Source: a virus
DNA length: 64,000 nucleotides
UHGV virus genome: UHGV-1366603
Reading direction: 5' to 3' (one strand)
Positions 9,782 to 18,798 of this stretch are shown piece after piece. Numbering within the stretch: the first letter of the stretch is position 1; every line of letters begins with the position of its first letter. The notes under the pieces are model-generated. The model did no database searches. It saw only the letters and a program-made list of their open reading frames with translations, and was not told the origin of the DNA. Made by a program: the position numbers and the translations under genes.

Positions 9782-10933
9782 ATGCGAAATATTATTTCTA
9801 AACCAGGACATGTCAAAATCCTAAAAGAACTGATGGACAGATGCTATAATCAGACTTGGCCTCTGCCAAGCTTAACCATCGAGTCTTCATTACAACGTGA
9901 GTTGTTTGGTTATAACTTGGGCTGCTGTGTACTTACTGAATACAATGAGATTATCGCGCCTGTCGATATCTGTACTTACGATGAAGAAATTGAAGGTTAC
10001 AAGTTCGCGGTTTACACAAATTCTGGACTAAATTACCGTAAACTCGTTGTTAGAGAAAAGAGTAGCAACCGGAAGATTATGTTTAAAGTCTTCCCAAGTG
10101 GTAAAGTCAGTAATTTATGTTTTCAGCTTGAGCAAGTGCCCTTTCACGGTGCGGACATTTTAACTAAACCAGAACTCGCGTTATTAAGCGGGTTAATCGG
10201 CTTTGAAGCAAAAACCATCAAAGTTGAGCAGGAACTTACACAAAACGATTTCGGCTCAAGTTGGTACGAAAGTTTCTTCCGCTACGAAATGTTAAGTGAT
10301 AAAGCTATCAAACTCACTTACCGTTCTACCGACGATCTCGTTTACCACATTTTAATTAGCGGCGAACCCCACCTGATTATTGAAGACAAAGGAGAAAATC
10401 AAATGTCTGCCTTAAAAGACGAATTAGCCCAATTCATTCGTGACGTTGAAGAGAAAAGCAAGAGCGATCATATTTTCTCACAACGCTATCCTGAACTTAT
10501 TGACGAAACCACCGATAGTGTTGTCGATGGTATACGCATTTTCCCAAGTGGTCTTGCAATTTACCGACTGCCTAGCGTTAACCAGCTTAAAGTCATGGAA
10601 ATGCTAAAAGACGTTTTAGCAGAAGCGGGTTGGGAATATCGCTTCGATTGCAATTTCGAAGGGATGGCGTTATTCGTTACAAAGAAAAACTATACCTTGT
10701 CAATCGATCTGCCTAAAAGTCAATACTACAGTTTCTTCCCAAAAGCGTATGACCGCACTGAAAAAGAACCTGCGATGTTACTTGATGCGGCAGAATCCAA
10801 TACGTTAATGATGCATTTGCGGTCAATTGACAAAAAGTTAAATACTAGTCATTTAACGACGATCGGTAAAGATTACGGTTGGAAATCTGTCGAACCGTAC
10901 GGCAGTCAGCTGCTGTTTGTTGCTGACCTTTAA
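9782..10933 (+). CDS. hypothetical protein, paralog family 1
   Basis: ORF track; SD AAAGGAG; C-terminus GKDYGWKSVEPYGSQLLFVADL. Confidence 0.7.
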   Translation: MRNIISKPGHVKILKELMDRCYNQTWPLPSLTIESSLQRELFGYNLGCCVLTEYNEIIAPVDICTYDEEIEGYKFAVYTNSGLNYRKLVVREKSSNRKIMFKVFPSGKVSNLCFQLEQVPFHGADILTKPELALLSGLIGFEAKTIKVEQELTQNDFGSSWYESFFRYEMLSDKAIKLTYRSTDDLVYHILISGEPHLIIEDKGENQMSALKDELAQFIRDVEEKSKSDHIFSQRYPELIDETTDSVVDGIRIFPSGLAIYRLPSVNQLKVMEMLKDVLAEAGWEYRFDCNFEGMALFVTKKNYTLSIDLPKSQYYSFFPKAYDRTEKEPAMLLDAAESNTLMMHLRSIDKKLNTSHLTTIGKDYGWKSVEPYGSQLLFVADL

Positions 10934-11000
10934 TAAGTGAAAATACACTTTCTCTAACTGCCGCGCTTTAGTCGCGGCTTTTGTTAAGAAGGAAATAGAA

Positions 11001-11774
11001 ATGAAAGTCCATTTAGACGATATCTTTAAAACCGAACCGTATATGATCGAAGGTCCGCTAACGTCCCTACTATTCGCCGATAGACTAGATCGTACGTTGC
11101 AATTACAATCGGTCGAATCTGCACCGATTAACGATGTAGAGCGCTACGAGCGTATCAACCATACGCGGGGTGAGTATCGTCGCTATAAGCCAAACTCACT
11201 AACCATCAAACTTTGGAAAGTAAGCACAGGTAAAGTATTAACTTATCGCGCCGTTGGTAGTTATTACATTCAACAGGCCAAAGAGTGGTTAGAAAAAGTT
11301 AAAGAACTGAACTTCGATCTACTGAGCAAAAAACTGCGCGATCATAACGCCAGTTTGCCGATACGTAATTATTTCGCCACGATTGAAAATAGTCGTTGCT
11401 TCGTTTCCAGCAAGTCTATGATCTTACCCGGGGCTGATGTTCAAACAACACTGAAAGATGTGGTTGTGAAGAAAATCTTTCATGAATCTGAACACGTTGG
11501 ATTTCGTATCTATTTAACGCACAAGAGGCCATTTACCGTGATTCATGTTGTTACCGCACCCGAAGGCTCAGCAGTCGTACGTGAACTTCCTGACGCACGT
11601 GACCGCAGCCCTAATGAGCCGCTTTACTTAATGTCAGGAACAAAATCAGAATCTTTGATGTCCCGTTACAGCATGGTTGATGTTGTTGATACTGCTATGA
11701 AGTTAGGTTGGAAAGAAGTACAGCAGCACGGCAAACAATTGCTGTTTATCGCAGATGTAAATCTCAATAACTAA
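11001..11774 (+). CDS. hypothetical protein, paralog family 1
   Basis: ORF track; SD AAGGAAA; C-terminus AMKLGWKEVQQHGKQLLFIADVNLNN. Confidence 0.7.
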   Translation: MKVHLDDIFKTEPYMIEGPLTSLLFADRLDRTLQLQSVESAPINDVERYERINHTRGEYRRYKPNSLTIKLWKVSTGKVLTYRAVGSYYIQQAKEWLEKVKELNFDLLSKKLRDHNASLPIRNYFATIENSRCFVSSKSMILPGADVQTTLKDVVVKKIFHESEHVGFRIYLTHKRPFTVIHVVTAPEGSAVVRELPDARDRSPNEPLYLMSGTKSESLMSRYSMVDVVDTAMKLGWKEVQQHGKQLLFIADVNLNN

Positions 11775-11786
11775 AGAGGTGGTACC

Positions 11787-12365
11787 GTGTACCGATTAAT
11801 AGAAATGAGAAAAGACGTTTGGTTGGAAAACCTCGTCGATGGGGAGCTTGAGGGAATAGAGCTTTCCTTACCAGAGAGAGCGGACACGGTATTGGCCTTT
11901 CTGGTAAAACAGGCAGACCGTGAACCGGTAGGAATCTTCACTGTGGACTATAAAGATCCACGAGGAATTCATTTACGGAACATTTGCAGTGGTTTGGAAA
12001 ACTTACCGGCTAATCCGTTCTTAAACTACGCAAAACGTAAACTCCAAACGGGACAACACCTCTGGGTAACGTTATCGCCTGACGTTAGGATCATACGTGA
12101 CGATTACTCGGCGTTTGTACAGGCAACGAAAGTCAGTCTGTATAACCCGAACGCAGAGCGTACCGATATGCCGTTTATAATTACCTTAGAAGACGATGGA
12201 ACGCAAGAAGGTATTGAGGCAATTACGGAATTAGTAAATTCTTATCCGGTTGCCACTATTGAGTTAGAAAACCCAAACCGATTACCGTTGGGTGACCTGC
12301 TCGAATGGATCGAACTGAATACAGAATTCTTAATCAATTCTCGTCAGTATCGATTCGACGTTTAA
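11787..12365 (+). CDS. hypothetical protein (192 aa)
   Basis: GTG start with AAAGAGGTGG just upstream; no motif recognised. Confidence 0.55.
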   Translation: MYRLIEMRKDVWLENLVDGELEGIELSLPERADTVLAFLVKQADREPVGIFTVDYKDPRGIHLRNICSGLENLPANPFLNYAKRKLQTGQHLWVTLSPDVRIIRDDYSAFVQATKVSLYNPNAERTDMPFIITLEDDGTQEGIEAITELVNSYPVATIELENPNRLPLGDLLEWIELNTEFLINSRQYRFDV

Positions 12366-12369
12366 CAAC

Positions 12370-12400
12370 GGTGGGGTGTAAGCCCCACCTTTTATTTTTT
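12370..12400 (+). terminator. rho-independent terminator (GGTGGGG-loop-CCCCACC + T-run)
   Basis: 7-bp GC stem followed by TTTTATTTTTT directly after the stop of 11787..12365. Confidence 0.6.
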
Positions 12401-12425
12401 GTTCGCTAACATTAAAAATAATCTC

Positions 12426-12447
12426 AGATATATATTACTCAGGTGAG
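12426..12447 (+). promoter_or_regulatory. candidate phage promoter motif AGATATATATTACTCAGGTGAG, followed by a hairpin
   Basis: Contains TATATTAC; lies between the terminator and the first secreted-protein gene; followed by hairpin AGAGTTAA-GAT-TTAACTCT. Confidence 0.35.
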
Positions 12448-12494
12448 AGTTAAGATTAACTCTTTTACTTGTTAACCCCACGAGGAGCAAAACA

Positions 12495-12956
12495 ATGAAA
12501 ATCTTCACTTCCTTTTTAATCGCCCTTTTCGCAATCGGATTCAATACTGCACACGCCGCAATCAATAGCTGGGAACAACTACCGAACCCAGGTCAGACTG
12601 TTTACGAAATTGAAGACACCGCCGGAAACGGACTGTCTATCAACTGTGACACTGAAACTGCGAATCGCAAATTTTACGGTCGTATGGTTTGGTATTACGG
12701 GGAACCTGTAGGTGCAACTAACGCTGAAGACAACACGATGGATATCGTCGTAAATGGCAAAACCTACAACATCCCTACGGTGGATGGCAGTGACAAAGCA
12801 GAGCTCGCTTGGGTGGCTTTCGTTAACGCTATCGGTAACGCCAAAACTTTCAGTGTGAACATCAATGGTAACGAAGCTGCTAACTTTACCGTAGAAGGCG
12901 AACGTCTGTCTGAAACTTTCTTCCAGAACTGTGGACACACCCGTCCTAACAAATAA
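12495..12956 (+). CDS. small secreted protein (signal peptide)
   Basis: N-terminus MKIFTSFLIALFAIGFNTAHA (hydrophobic core, AxA site); SD GAGGAG; two Cys. Confidence 0.65.
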   Translation: MKIFTSFLIALFAIGFNTAHAAINSWEQLPNPGQTVYEIEDTAGNGLSINCDTETANRKFYGRMVWYYGEPVGATNAEDNTMDIVVNGKTYNIPTVDGSDKAELAWVAFVNAIGNAKTFSVNINGNEAANFTVEGERLSETFFQNCGHTRPNK

Positions 12957-12978
12957 GTAATAATCTTTTTTAGAGTGC

Positions 12979-13371
12979 GTGAAAATGAATATCAGAACTA
13001 TACTTTATTCAATCATTATTTTCTGTGCAATCGGTATTACTGGCACTTATGCTTTCGGCGATTCGGACGTCCGCCATTACGAACCGGCTCCTGACTCGCC
13101 CATTATCAACCCGGATGAGTCCCCTACGTTAATGCGCAGTTTCGGTAAACTGCAAGTTTATCGCTTAGTACGTGGTGAAACGTGTACCGGATTACTCATT
13201 GCTGACACCCGTGCACAGGTCTACCAACGTCTGACGGATATCGCCTGCGAACAACCAAAAGTCATGTCGGTCAGTATTCATCCGTTAGAGGTCGGTAACT
13301 ATACTGCTGTGGACTTCTTCCATAATGCAGAACTGATTGGTCGTATCACTTTAAATCGTAGCGCTGAATAA
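12979..13371 (+). CDS. small secreted or membrane-anchored protein
   Basis: N-terminal hydrophobic segment ILYSIIIFCAIGITGTYAFG; start may be GTG 12979 or ATG 12985. Confidence 0.55.
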   Translation: MKMNIRTILYSIIIFCAIGITGTYAFGDSDVRHYEPAPDSPIINPDESPTLMRSFGKLQVYRLVRGETCTGLLIADTRAQVYQRLTDIACEQPKVMSVSIHPLEVGNYTAVDFFHNAELIGRITLNRSAE

Positions 13372-13389
13372 TTTAATGGAGAATTTACA

Positions 13390-13872
13390 ATGAAACGTTT
13401 ACACACCCTGATGCTTTTCGTGGCTATTCTGTTCACAGGCTTTACCTTTAACACAGAAGCGGCTACCGTAAAACAAGCACTTAGCTGTAACCCGGAAGCC
13501 TGGGCTGAACAACCTGGTGCGTGTCCTGACATCAATACGCTCTATACCGACGACGCGACTTATAAAGCCGCAATCGATAAAGCGTTGAAACCTGTCGGAC
13601 TAGACGGGTTATTCGGTAAAGATGGTGTAATGAATGGTCCTGGCGGCGATGTTATTCCCGTGCAAATCAACGGTAAAGTCTGGCTTGAGTCTACCGCTTG
13701 CAAAAGCAATGCTTGTGGTTGGGAATACATCACGACGCTTTATAACCCGCAGACCCATGTCGTGGTAGGTTACTATTACAACGTCGACCCAGGTTACCTG
13801 GTCTGGTTCGGCGATATCGGCGTTAACGAATTCGCCTATCTGGTTAAGAAATACGTAGCTACGGTTAATTAA
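13390..13872 (+). CDS. secreted protein, Ivy-like (candidate periplasmic lysozyme / lytic-transglycosylase inhibitor)
   Basis: Signal peptide MKRLHTLMLFVAILFTGFTFNTEA. Loop ..ESTACKSNACGW.. matches the Ivy-family ..SACKPHDCG.. arrangement (C-x4-C with Lys at position 2), but the loop His is replaced by Asn. Confidence 0.45.
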   Translation: MKRLHTLMLFVAILFTGFTFNTEAATVKQALSCNPEAWAEQPGACPDINTLYTDDATYKAAIDKALKPVGLDGLFGKDGVMNGPGGDVIPVQINGKVWLESTACKSNACGWEYITTLYNPQTHVVVGYYYNVDPGYLVWFGDIGVNEFAYLVKKYVATVN

Positions 13873-13887
13873 TTTAAGGAGTCTGTC

Positions 13888-14298
13888 ATGAAAACGTTTA
13901 TCAAAACTTTACTCGTTGCTGTAACTGTTCTGTTCTCTCTTAACGTAGCAGCAAAAACAATAAAGCTACCGGCGGGTATCAAATACGTCAACAGTACCGA
14001 TGAATTCTACTGCACTGAAATTGACGGCCTGTATTGCCAGACAAAGAATTTGTTTGAATACAAAGGTAACAGATATGTTTTCGTTGTTGAGCAAGGTGGT
14101 GCCTGGTGCTACGACAGCCCTATGTCGGTACTCAACCTGGAAACTTGGAAAGCACAGAAAATTGAATACAAAGACAACCAACTGTGTTCAGGCGAAAACA
14201 AACCGTTCTTCAAAATCAAAAATGGTGTGCCGACTGTAGGTATTATCGACACCTCTGGAGCACCCATCGTTGTAGCTCAGGACAAACTTAAAATCTAA
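13888..14298 (+). CDS. small secreted protein (signal peptide, multiple Cys)
   Basis: N-terminus MKTFIKTLLVAVTVLFSLNVAA; SD AAGGAG. Confidence 0.65.
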   Translation: MKTFIKTLLVAVTVLFSLNVAAKTIKLPAGIKYVNSTDEFYCTEIDGLYCQTKNLFEYKGNRYVFVVEQGGAWCYDSPMSVLNLETWKAQKIEYKDNQLCSGENKPFFKIKNGVPTVGIIDTSGAPIVVAQDKLKI

Positions 14299-14308
14299 GG
14301 AGTAAACC

Positions 14309-14698
14309 ATGCGTCTTATCTGCGCTTTGTTGGCGTTTTTCTCAATCGGAGTTATGGCTTCTACACACATCGACGATTTATTACTTACCCCGGCAACGAA
14401 CACAGACTATCACTACAACCCACCGGGTTTTGAAGTCTGCGAAGGCGATGCAGGCGAATGCCAAGAAGTTGGCGCAGATGGACGCTATATACTCGTAAAA
14501 GCAGACGGCGGGACAACCTGCCCTGCGGGTTATTATTTCGTACTTGACGCTGTAGCAAAAGAGGTACTTCCTGTAACGACCAAAACGTGTGACCCCACAG
14601 TTGTACTAACGCTTGCGAAAAGCAAATCACGTGACCGCCATCTTATCGTCATCGAAGAACGCGGTGAGATGCTAGGCGCTATCGAATTAGATTACTGA
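14309..14698 (+). CDS. small secreted protein (signal peptide, Cys-rich)
   Basis: N-terminus MRLICALLAFFSIGVMAS; SD TAAGGAG. Confidence 0.65.
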   Translation: MRLICALLAFFSIGVMASTHIDDLLLTPATNTDYHYNPPGFEVCEGDAGECQEVGADGRYILVKADGGTTCPAGYYFVLDAVAKEVLPVTTKTCDPTVVLTLAKSKSRDRHLIVIEERGEMLGAIELDY

Positions 14699-14709
14699 TG
14701 TGTAGTCTT

Positions 14710-14746
14710 GACCCCGGTTCGTGCCGATTCGTCCGGGGTCCTTTTT
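14710..14746 (+). terminator. rho-independent terminator (GACCCCGG ... CCGGGGTC + CTTTTT)
   Basis: 8-bp GC stem with a large loop and a short T-run after the secreted-protein cluster. Confidence 0.45.
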
Positions 14747-14777
14747 ACGACCTGTTTTACCTAAAGGAGAATTAAAA

Positions 14778-15254
14778 ATGCGTTTATCTAATGTTTATCA
14801 AGCGGCCCAATTCCATCACGAACTGACGGCTAAGCCTGAATATATTCGCCACAACTTAACGGTGGCTTGGAAACTGCTATTGATTGCTGACGCAGCACGG
14901 CACAACGACCAGGAAACTATTATCAAAACCGTGCGTACTTTACGCCCTATTGACCTGGAAACAATTTGGTCGTTTGACTTAATTCGAATTTATCATCGTC
15001 GTTTTAATGCGGCGGTGGATGCGATACGTCCTTATTTCCACTATTTGCAAGCAACATCAGACTGTGGTCCATCCTTAGAGTGGGTCTTGGTACAAAGCGT
15101 ATGGAGCGATTACATTTATCTCCTATCTTTAGAGACGGGTGAATGCATTATCGCTAACGAGGTATTCTCAACCAACGCTGAAATGTATCGTTCCCACGCT
15201 ACTATCCAGGGTGTCTCACAGCCTATCTTATCACTCACGCACTTAGGGCTGTGA
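14778..15254 (+). CDS. hypothetical protein (~158 aa)
   Basis: ATG at 14778 with AAAGGAG upstream; the ORF-track start at 14721 lies inside the terminator. Confidence 0.55.
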   Translation: MRLSNVYQAAQFHHELTAKPEYIRHNLTVAWKLLLIADAARHNDQETIIKTVRTLRPIDLETIWSFDLIRIYHRRFNAAVDAIRPYFHYLQATSDCGPSLEWVLVQSVWSDYIYLLSLETGECIIANEVFSTNAEMYRSHATIQGVSQPILSLTHLGL

Positions 15255-15262
15255 TTAGCCCG

Positions 15263-15290
15263 GCCCCGCTGTGTACGGGGCTTCTTTTTT
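15263..15290 (+). terminator. rho-independent terminator (GCCCCG-loop-CGGGGC + TTCTTTTTT)
   Basis: Seen directly in the sequence after the stop at 15254. Confidence 0.55.
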
Positions 15291-15308
15291 GCCCAAGGAA
15301 ACTGAAAC

Positions 15309-15917
15309 ATGAACGAAATTACTTTGGTTCGTTTTATTGAAGCGATGCATCTAAACGAAGCTAATCCGCACTCTCCGTTATTCATCGATTTAATGGAGGA
15401 AGAAGTCGAAGGGTTCTTAGCGTACCCGCGTTTGAAAGACTACTTCGAACGTAAAACACCAACCGCTTACGAAAAGCTGATGTACGCGTTAGATAACCGT
15501 ACTACGCTAAACAATACGCCGTTTAAAGCGCTGGAAGCAATAGACCCTACCGGGGGTGCAGGTATCCCACAACGTGTTGTGTTCTACTACATCGACAACG
15601 GACGTATTAAAGCCGACGTTGTAAACTGGATCTCCGAAGGGGAAATCCCAGAAACGCGTACTTTTAACCTCTGTCCGGTAGAAGAAGGTTGGGTTGCAGG
15701 AACGCATTATTCCTATCCGTATCAAAGCATCAAATCACCTTATCTGTATCCGGTGTATTTAGATGACGTTACGCCAGGGAAATGTATTCCCGTTACCAAT
15801 CTGATTTGTTTACTGACGATGGAAGTTGTTGCGTCGGACGCAGGCCAGGCTTGGGTTGAGCAATCGAAGAATATCCAAAACTGGCAGGAGATGGGTTACA
15901 AACTCTATCAGCCGTAA
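15309..15917 (+). CDS. hypothetical protein (202 aa)
   Basis: ORF track; SD AAGGAAA; no motif recognised. Confidence 0.6.
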   Translation: MNEITLVRFIEAMHLNEANPHSPLFIDLMEEEVEGFLAYPRLKDYFERKTPTAYEKLMYALDNRTTLNNTPFKALEAIDPTGGAGIPQRVVFYYIDNGRIKADVVNWISEGEIPETRTFNLCPVEEGWVAGTHYSYPYQSIKSPYLYPVYLDDVTPGKCIPVTNLICLLTMEVVASDAGQAWVEQSKNIQNWQEMGYKLYQP

Positions 15918-15923
15918 TACCAC

Positions 15924-15970
15924 GAGAGAACCTTCGGGTTCTCTCCCTTCTCTTTTATTTTTTTTTCTTT
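15924..15970 (+). terminator. rho-independent terminator (GAGAGAACC-TTCG-GGTTCTCTC + long T-run)
   Basis: 9-bp stem, tetraloop, then TCTTTTATTTTTTTTTCTTTTT. Confidence 0.6.
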
Positions 15971-16002
15971 TTACACCACGCTCCGTGAATATGGAGGTGG
16001 AC

Positions 16003-18507
16003 ATGTTAAAAGTTGAACGTATTGTACTTAAAGGATTTACCGGAATGGGATTACACGAAATCGAAACCTTCGATTTTACTATCCATTCCCCGACCACCAT
16101 TATCCTCGGTGGTAACGGGTGCGGTAAGACCAGCTTACTGTCCGTGTTTCTACCTATCGCACCTTCGAAATCCGAATTCCGTGACGGGGGTTCTTACACC
16201 AACATCTGTTTGGTTAACGACCATCGTTACAAATTTAAGGTTGCACGTAAAGGCAACTCACTGGTTTGCGATATCGAGAACCTGACGACGGGTACCAAAA
16301 TCGTCGAACAAGGTAATGCGAAAGTGTATAACTCTCGTGTAGAAGAAATCACGGGCATTACAAAAGAGATTAAAGAGTTACTGAACGGAGAAGTGCTTTT
16401 AACGGATGCAGGAACGGAGCTGCGTCGTAAGTGGTTCTACCGTTTAAGTACGTCAGACTTAACTTACGCGTTAGGTTTTTATCAACGTTTACGAAAAAAC
16501 CTGACGATGCTAAACGGTGGTATTGAAATCACCAGCCGTAAAATTGCAGAGTTGCGTACCCGCGTAATTGATAACGAGGAAGAACGTCAGCAGTTAGCAA
16601 CACGGTTAAAAGCATTAGAAGTAGATTTACGTGAACTCAACAAACAGATTGAACAACTGCCTGGTCTGAATCGTGACGTTACGGTGGCAACTATTCAATC
16701 GCTATTGCTTAAAATCGAAGCACCGATTAATGCTATCTTGGAACACCGTGGCGGATTACCTACGGAAGAACAGGTAGAGGAAGCACGACGGATTGAAGCC
16801 ACTGCCCGTGAAGCGGTGGTCTCTGCTGAAACAGAACTATCCATGCTAAACAAAGATTTGTCTTTGTTGATGGACGAGTCCACTCGCCAAGATTACCTGA
16901 TGCGGAATCACGAGGGGTTAAAAAACACGGTTGCGAAACTGCGCGAGTTATTAAAGCAGTGGGACACTGAGCATCTTTTCCCTGAACTGTTTGCGGAGAC
17001 CGTTAACATCGACCAGCTTAAAGCAGCGACGGATGCGCGTGTCTGGGGACAACGTTTAGGAACAACGCTGGATGCTATTAAATCAACGGAACGGTTGAAC
17101 GTACTGGAAGAGAAACTGTTGACCTTAGACCAAAACTCATCTGGGTTGCGTGACCGGTTACAACGCGTTGAAAACGTATTGCAGAACCTCAACCACGAAC
17201 GGAATCACTATTTGGAAACTGCCGAGGTTGATTGTCCGCAGTGTCAATTTAAATTCCGTCCGGGTGTCCGTCGATCGCTGCCTGAATTGGAAGAAGCCAT
17301 TCGTGGTCAGATGGAGCAACGTAATACGTTACAGACTCAACTTGATTCCGTATTGCGAGACCGTACGGAATTAGAGTCAGACGTTAATTACATGCGTCAA
17401 GTACGGGAAATTGTTTTAACATACTCGAAAGACCCGGTATTGAGCTTGTTCTTTAAACGACTCCAGGAGCGGAATGTCTTTACGGATAACCGTAGTCAGT
17501 TTGGTAGTTTGTGCGCAGAGTTTGATCGTGAACTTTATTCTGCAATTGAGTACCACGAAACGAAACACCGTTTCGCTAAAGCGGAAAAAGAGTGGGAAAA
17601 TGCAGTTGCAGCGGTAGGTAACGTTGACGGTGCACTACAGCAGAAAATTGCCTTCCAGCAGGAACGTTTGGGTAAGGCAACAGAAACGCTCTCAGAGCGC
17701 CGTAGAGAGCACGCAGTTGCTAATGATACCTTTTGTTATCTAAACGAACTTAAAGCCACTGTAGACAATTTTAATGCGGTTTTTGAGCGTTTAGAGAACG
17801 ATGTTAAGGTAACATTAACCAACACGGTGGTCGAAACGTTATTAAACGCCCGAGAAAACAAGTTGGATGCGTTCACCACAGCACGGGAACGGTACCGTCA
17901 GATGGAAAACGAACTCAACCAACTTACTGCGTTAGAAAAGGAGTTATCAGATTTACAAGCGCAGCAATTCAATAACAAGCTGATGATTCAAGCGTTCTCA
18001 CCTGAGAAAGGGGTATTACGCAAATACTTCTACAACGCTATCGTGAGAATCACGGAATTGATGACGCGGTATATCGAACAAGTCTGGACCTACCCTATGC
18101 GGGTCATGCCGTGCGACTTAACCGACGGTGACTTAGACTACACGTTCCCAGTGCAGTTGAAAACCCATCCTGAGCCGGTACCTGACGTGCGGAAAGGGTC
18201 GAAAGCGCAGCGAGCCATCTTTAATTTGATGTTTCGTTTAACCGCTTACAAAGCCCTGAAACTTCATCAGTATCCGCTACTGTTGGATGAACCGTCAGAA
18301 GGGATGGATGAGGAACACCGAAATAACCTCGTCGGGTTTATTAAAACCCTGGCGAATTCCGGTGAGTTCTCTCAGTTACTGGTGGTATCTCACGAAGCAG
18401 AAATTCATTCAAAACTTAACGAAGCCGCATACTGTGTTATTGAACCTGAAGGCGTAACACTGCCTGCGGTATACAACGAGGGAGTAAAAATTGTCTACGC
18501 AAACTGA
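16003..18507 (+). CDS. Rad50/SbcC/gp46-like ABC ATPase with coiled coil and CPQC zinc hook
   Basis: N-terminal Walker A ILGGNGCGKTSLL; long coiled-coil middle containing ..VDCPQCQF..; C-terminal signature-like GSKAQRAIFNL, Walker B LLLDEPSEGMD and H-loop VVSHE. ATG at 16003 preceded by GGAGGTGG. Confidence 0.7.
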   Translation: MLKVERIVLKGFTGMGLHEIETFDFTIHSPTTIILGGNGCGKTSLLSVFLPIAPSKSEFRDGGSYTNICLVNDHRYKFKVARKGNSLVCDIENLTTGTKIVEQGNAKVYNSRVEEITGITKEIKELLNGEVLLTDAGTELRRKWFYRLSTSDLTYALGFYQRLRKNLTMLNGGIEITSRKIAELRTRVIDNEEERQQLATRLKALEVDLRELNKQIEQLPGLNRDVTVATIQSLLLKIEAPINAILEHRGGLPTEEQVEEARRIEATAREAVVSAETELSMLNKDLSLLMDESTRQDYLMRNHEGLKNTVAKLRELLKQWDTEHLFPELFAETVNIDQLKAATDARVWGQRLGTTLDAIKSTERLNVLEEKLLTLDQNSSGLRDRLQRVENVLQNLNHERNHYLETAEVDCPQCQFKFRPGVRRSLPELEEAIRGQMEQRNTLQTQLDSVLRDRTELESDVNYMRQVREIVLTYSKDPVLSLFFKRLQERNVFTDNRSQFGSLCAEFDRELYSAIEYHETKHRFAKAEKEWENAVAAVGNVDGALQQKIAFQQERLGKATETLSERRREHAVANDTFCYLNELKATVDNFNAVFERLENDVKVTLTNTVVETLLNARENKLDAFTTARERYRQMENELNQLTALEKELSDLQAQQFNNKLMIQAFSPEKGVLRKYFYNAIVRITELMTRYIEQVWTYPMRVMPCDLTDGDLDYTFPVQLKTHPEPVPDVRKGSKAQRAIFNLMFRLTAYKALKLHQYPLLLDEPSEGMDEEHRNNLVGFIKTLANSGEFSQLLVVSHEAEIHSKLNEAAYCVIEPEGVTLPAVYNEGVKIVYAN

Positions 18508-18691
18508 TTGGTGGCGTCAGTTACTAAGCGTTTTAGGGTTTAGCGTCATGGTGCTGGTTGCCATTCTGTACGTGCTATTTTGTATAACGGCGATTTTATG
18601 GGTGGTCTTAGCGTACGCGATTAGACTCGCCTGGGGTTCAATTTGGCACCAACGCGAATGTGAGTGGCGGTGTGTTGGAGGGAAGTCATGA
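18491..18691 (+). CDS. small membrane protein (66 aa)
   Basis: TTG start with GAGGGAG upstream, overlapping the end of the ATPase gene; one long hydrophobic segment. Confidence 0.4.
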   Translation: MSTQTDWWRQLLSVLGFSVMVLVAILYVLFCITAILWVVLAYAIRLAWGSIWHQRECEWRCVGGKS

Positions 18692-18798
18692 TTGAGGGTA
18701 TTCTGTTAACACTTGGGTCGTTGTGGATTATTGGGAAATCCCTCAACTGGCTGATTAATAAGTACGGATGGGCTTTCAAAGGCTCTACGCACAGTTAA
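18688..18798 (+). CDS. small membrane peptide (36 aa)
   Basis: ATG overlaps the upstream stop (ATGA); SD GGAGGGAAG; sequence MIEGILLTLGSLWIIGKSLNWLINKYGWAFKGSTHS. Below the ORF-track size cutoff. Confidence 0.35.
   Translation: MIEGILLTLGSLWIIGKSLNWLINKYGWAFKGSTHS

Noticed and set aside
15991-16002. Alternative ATG start (MEVDM...) for the Rad50-like gene, and the ORF-track start at 15826
   Set aside because: The 15826 start lies upstream of a strong terminator; the ATG at 16003 has an ideal GGAGGTGG ribosome-binding site that the 15991 ATG would overlap.
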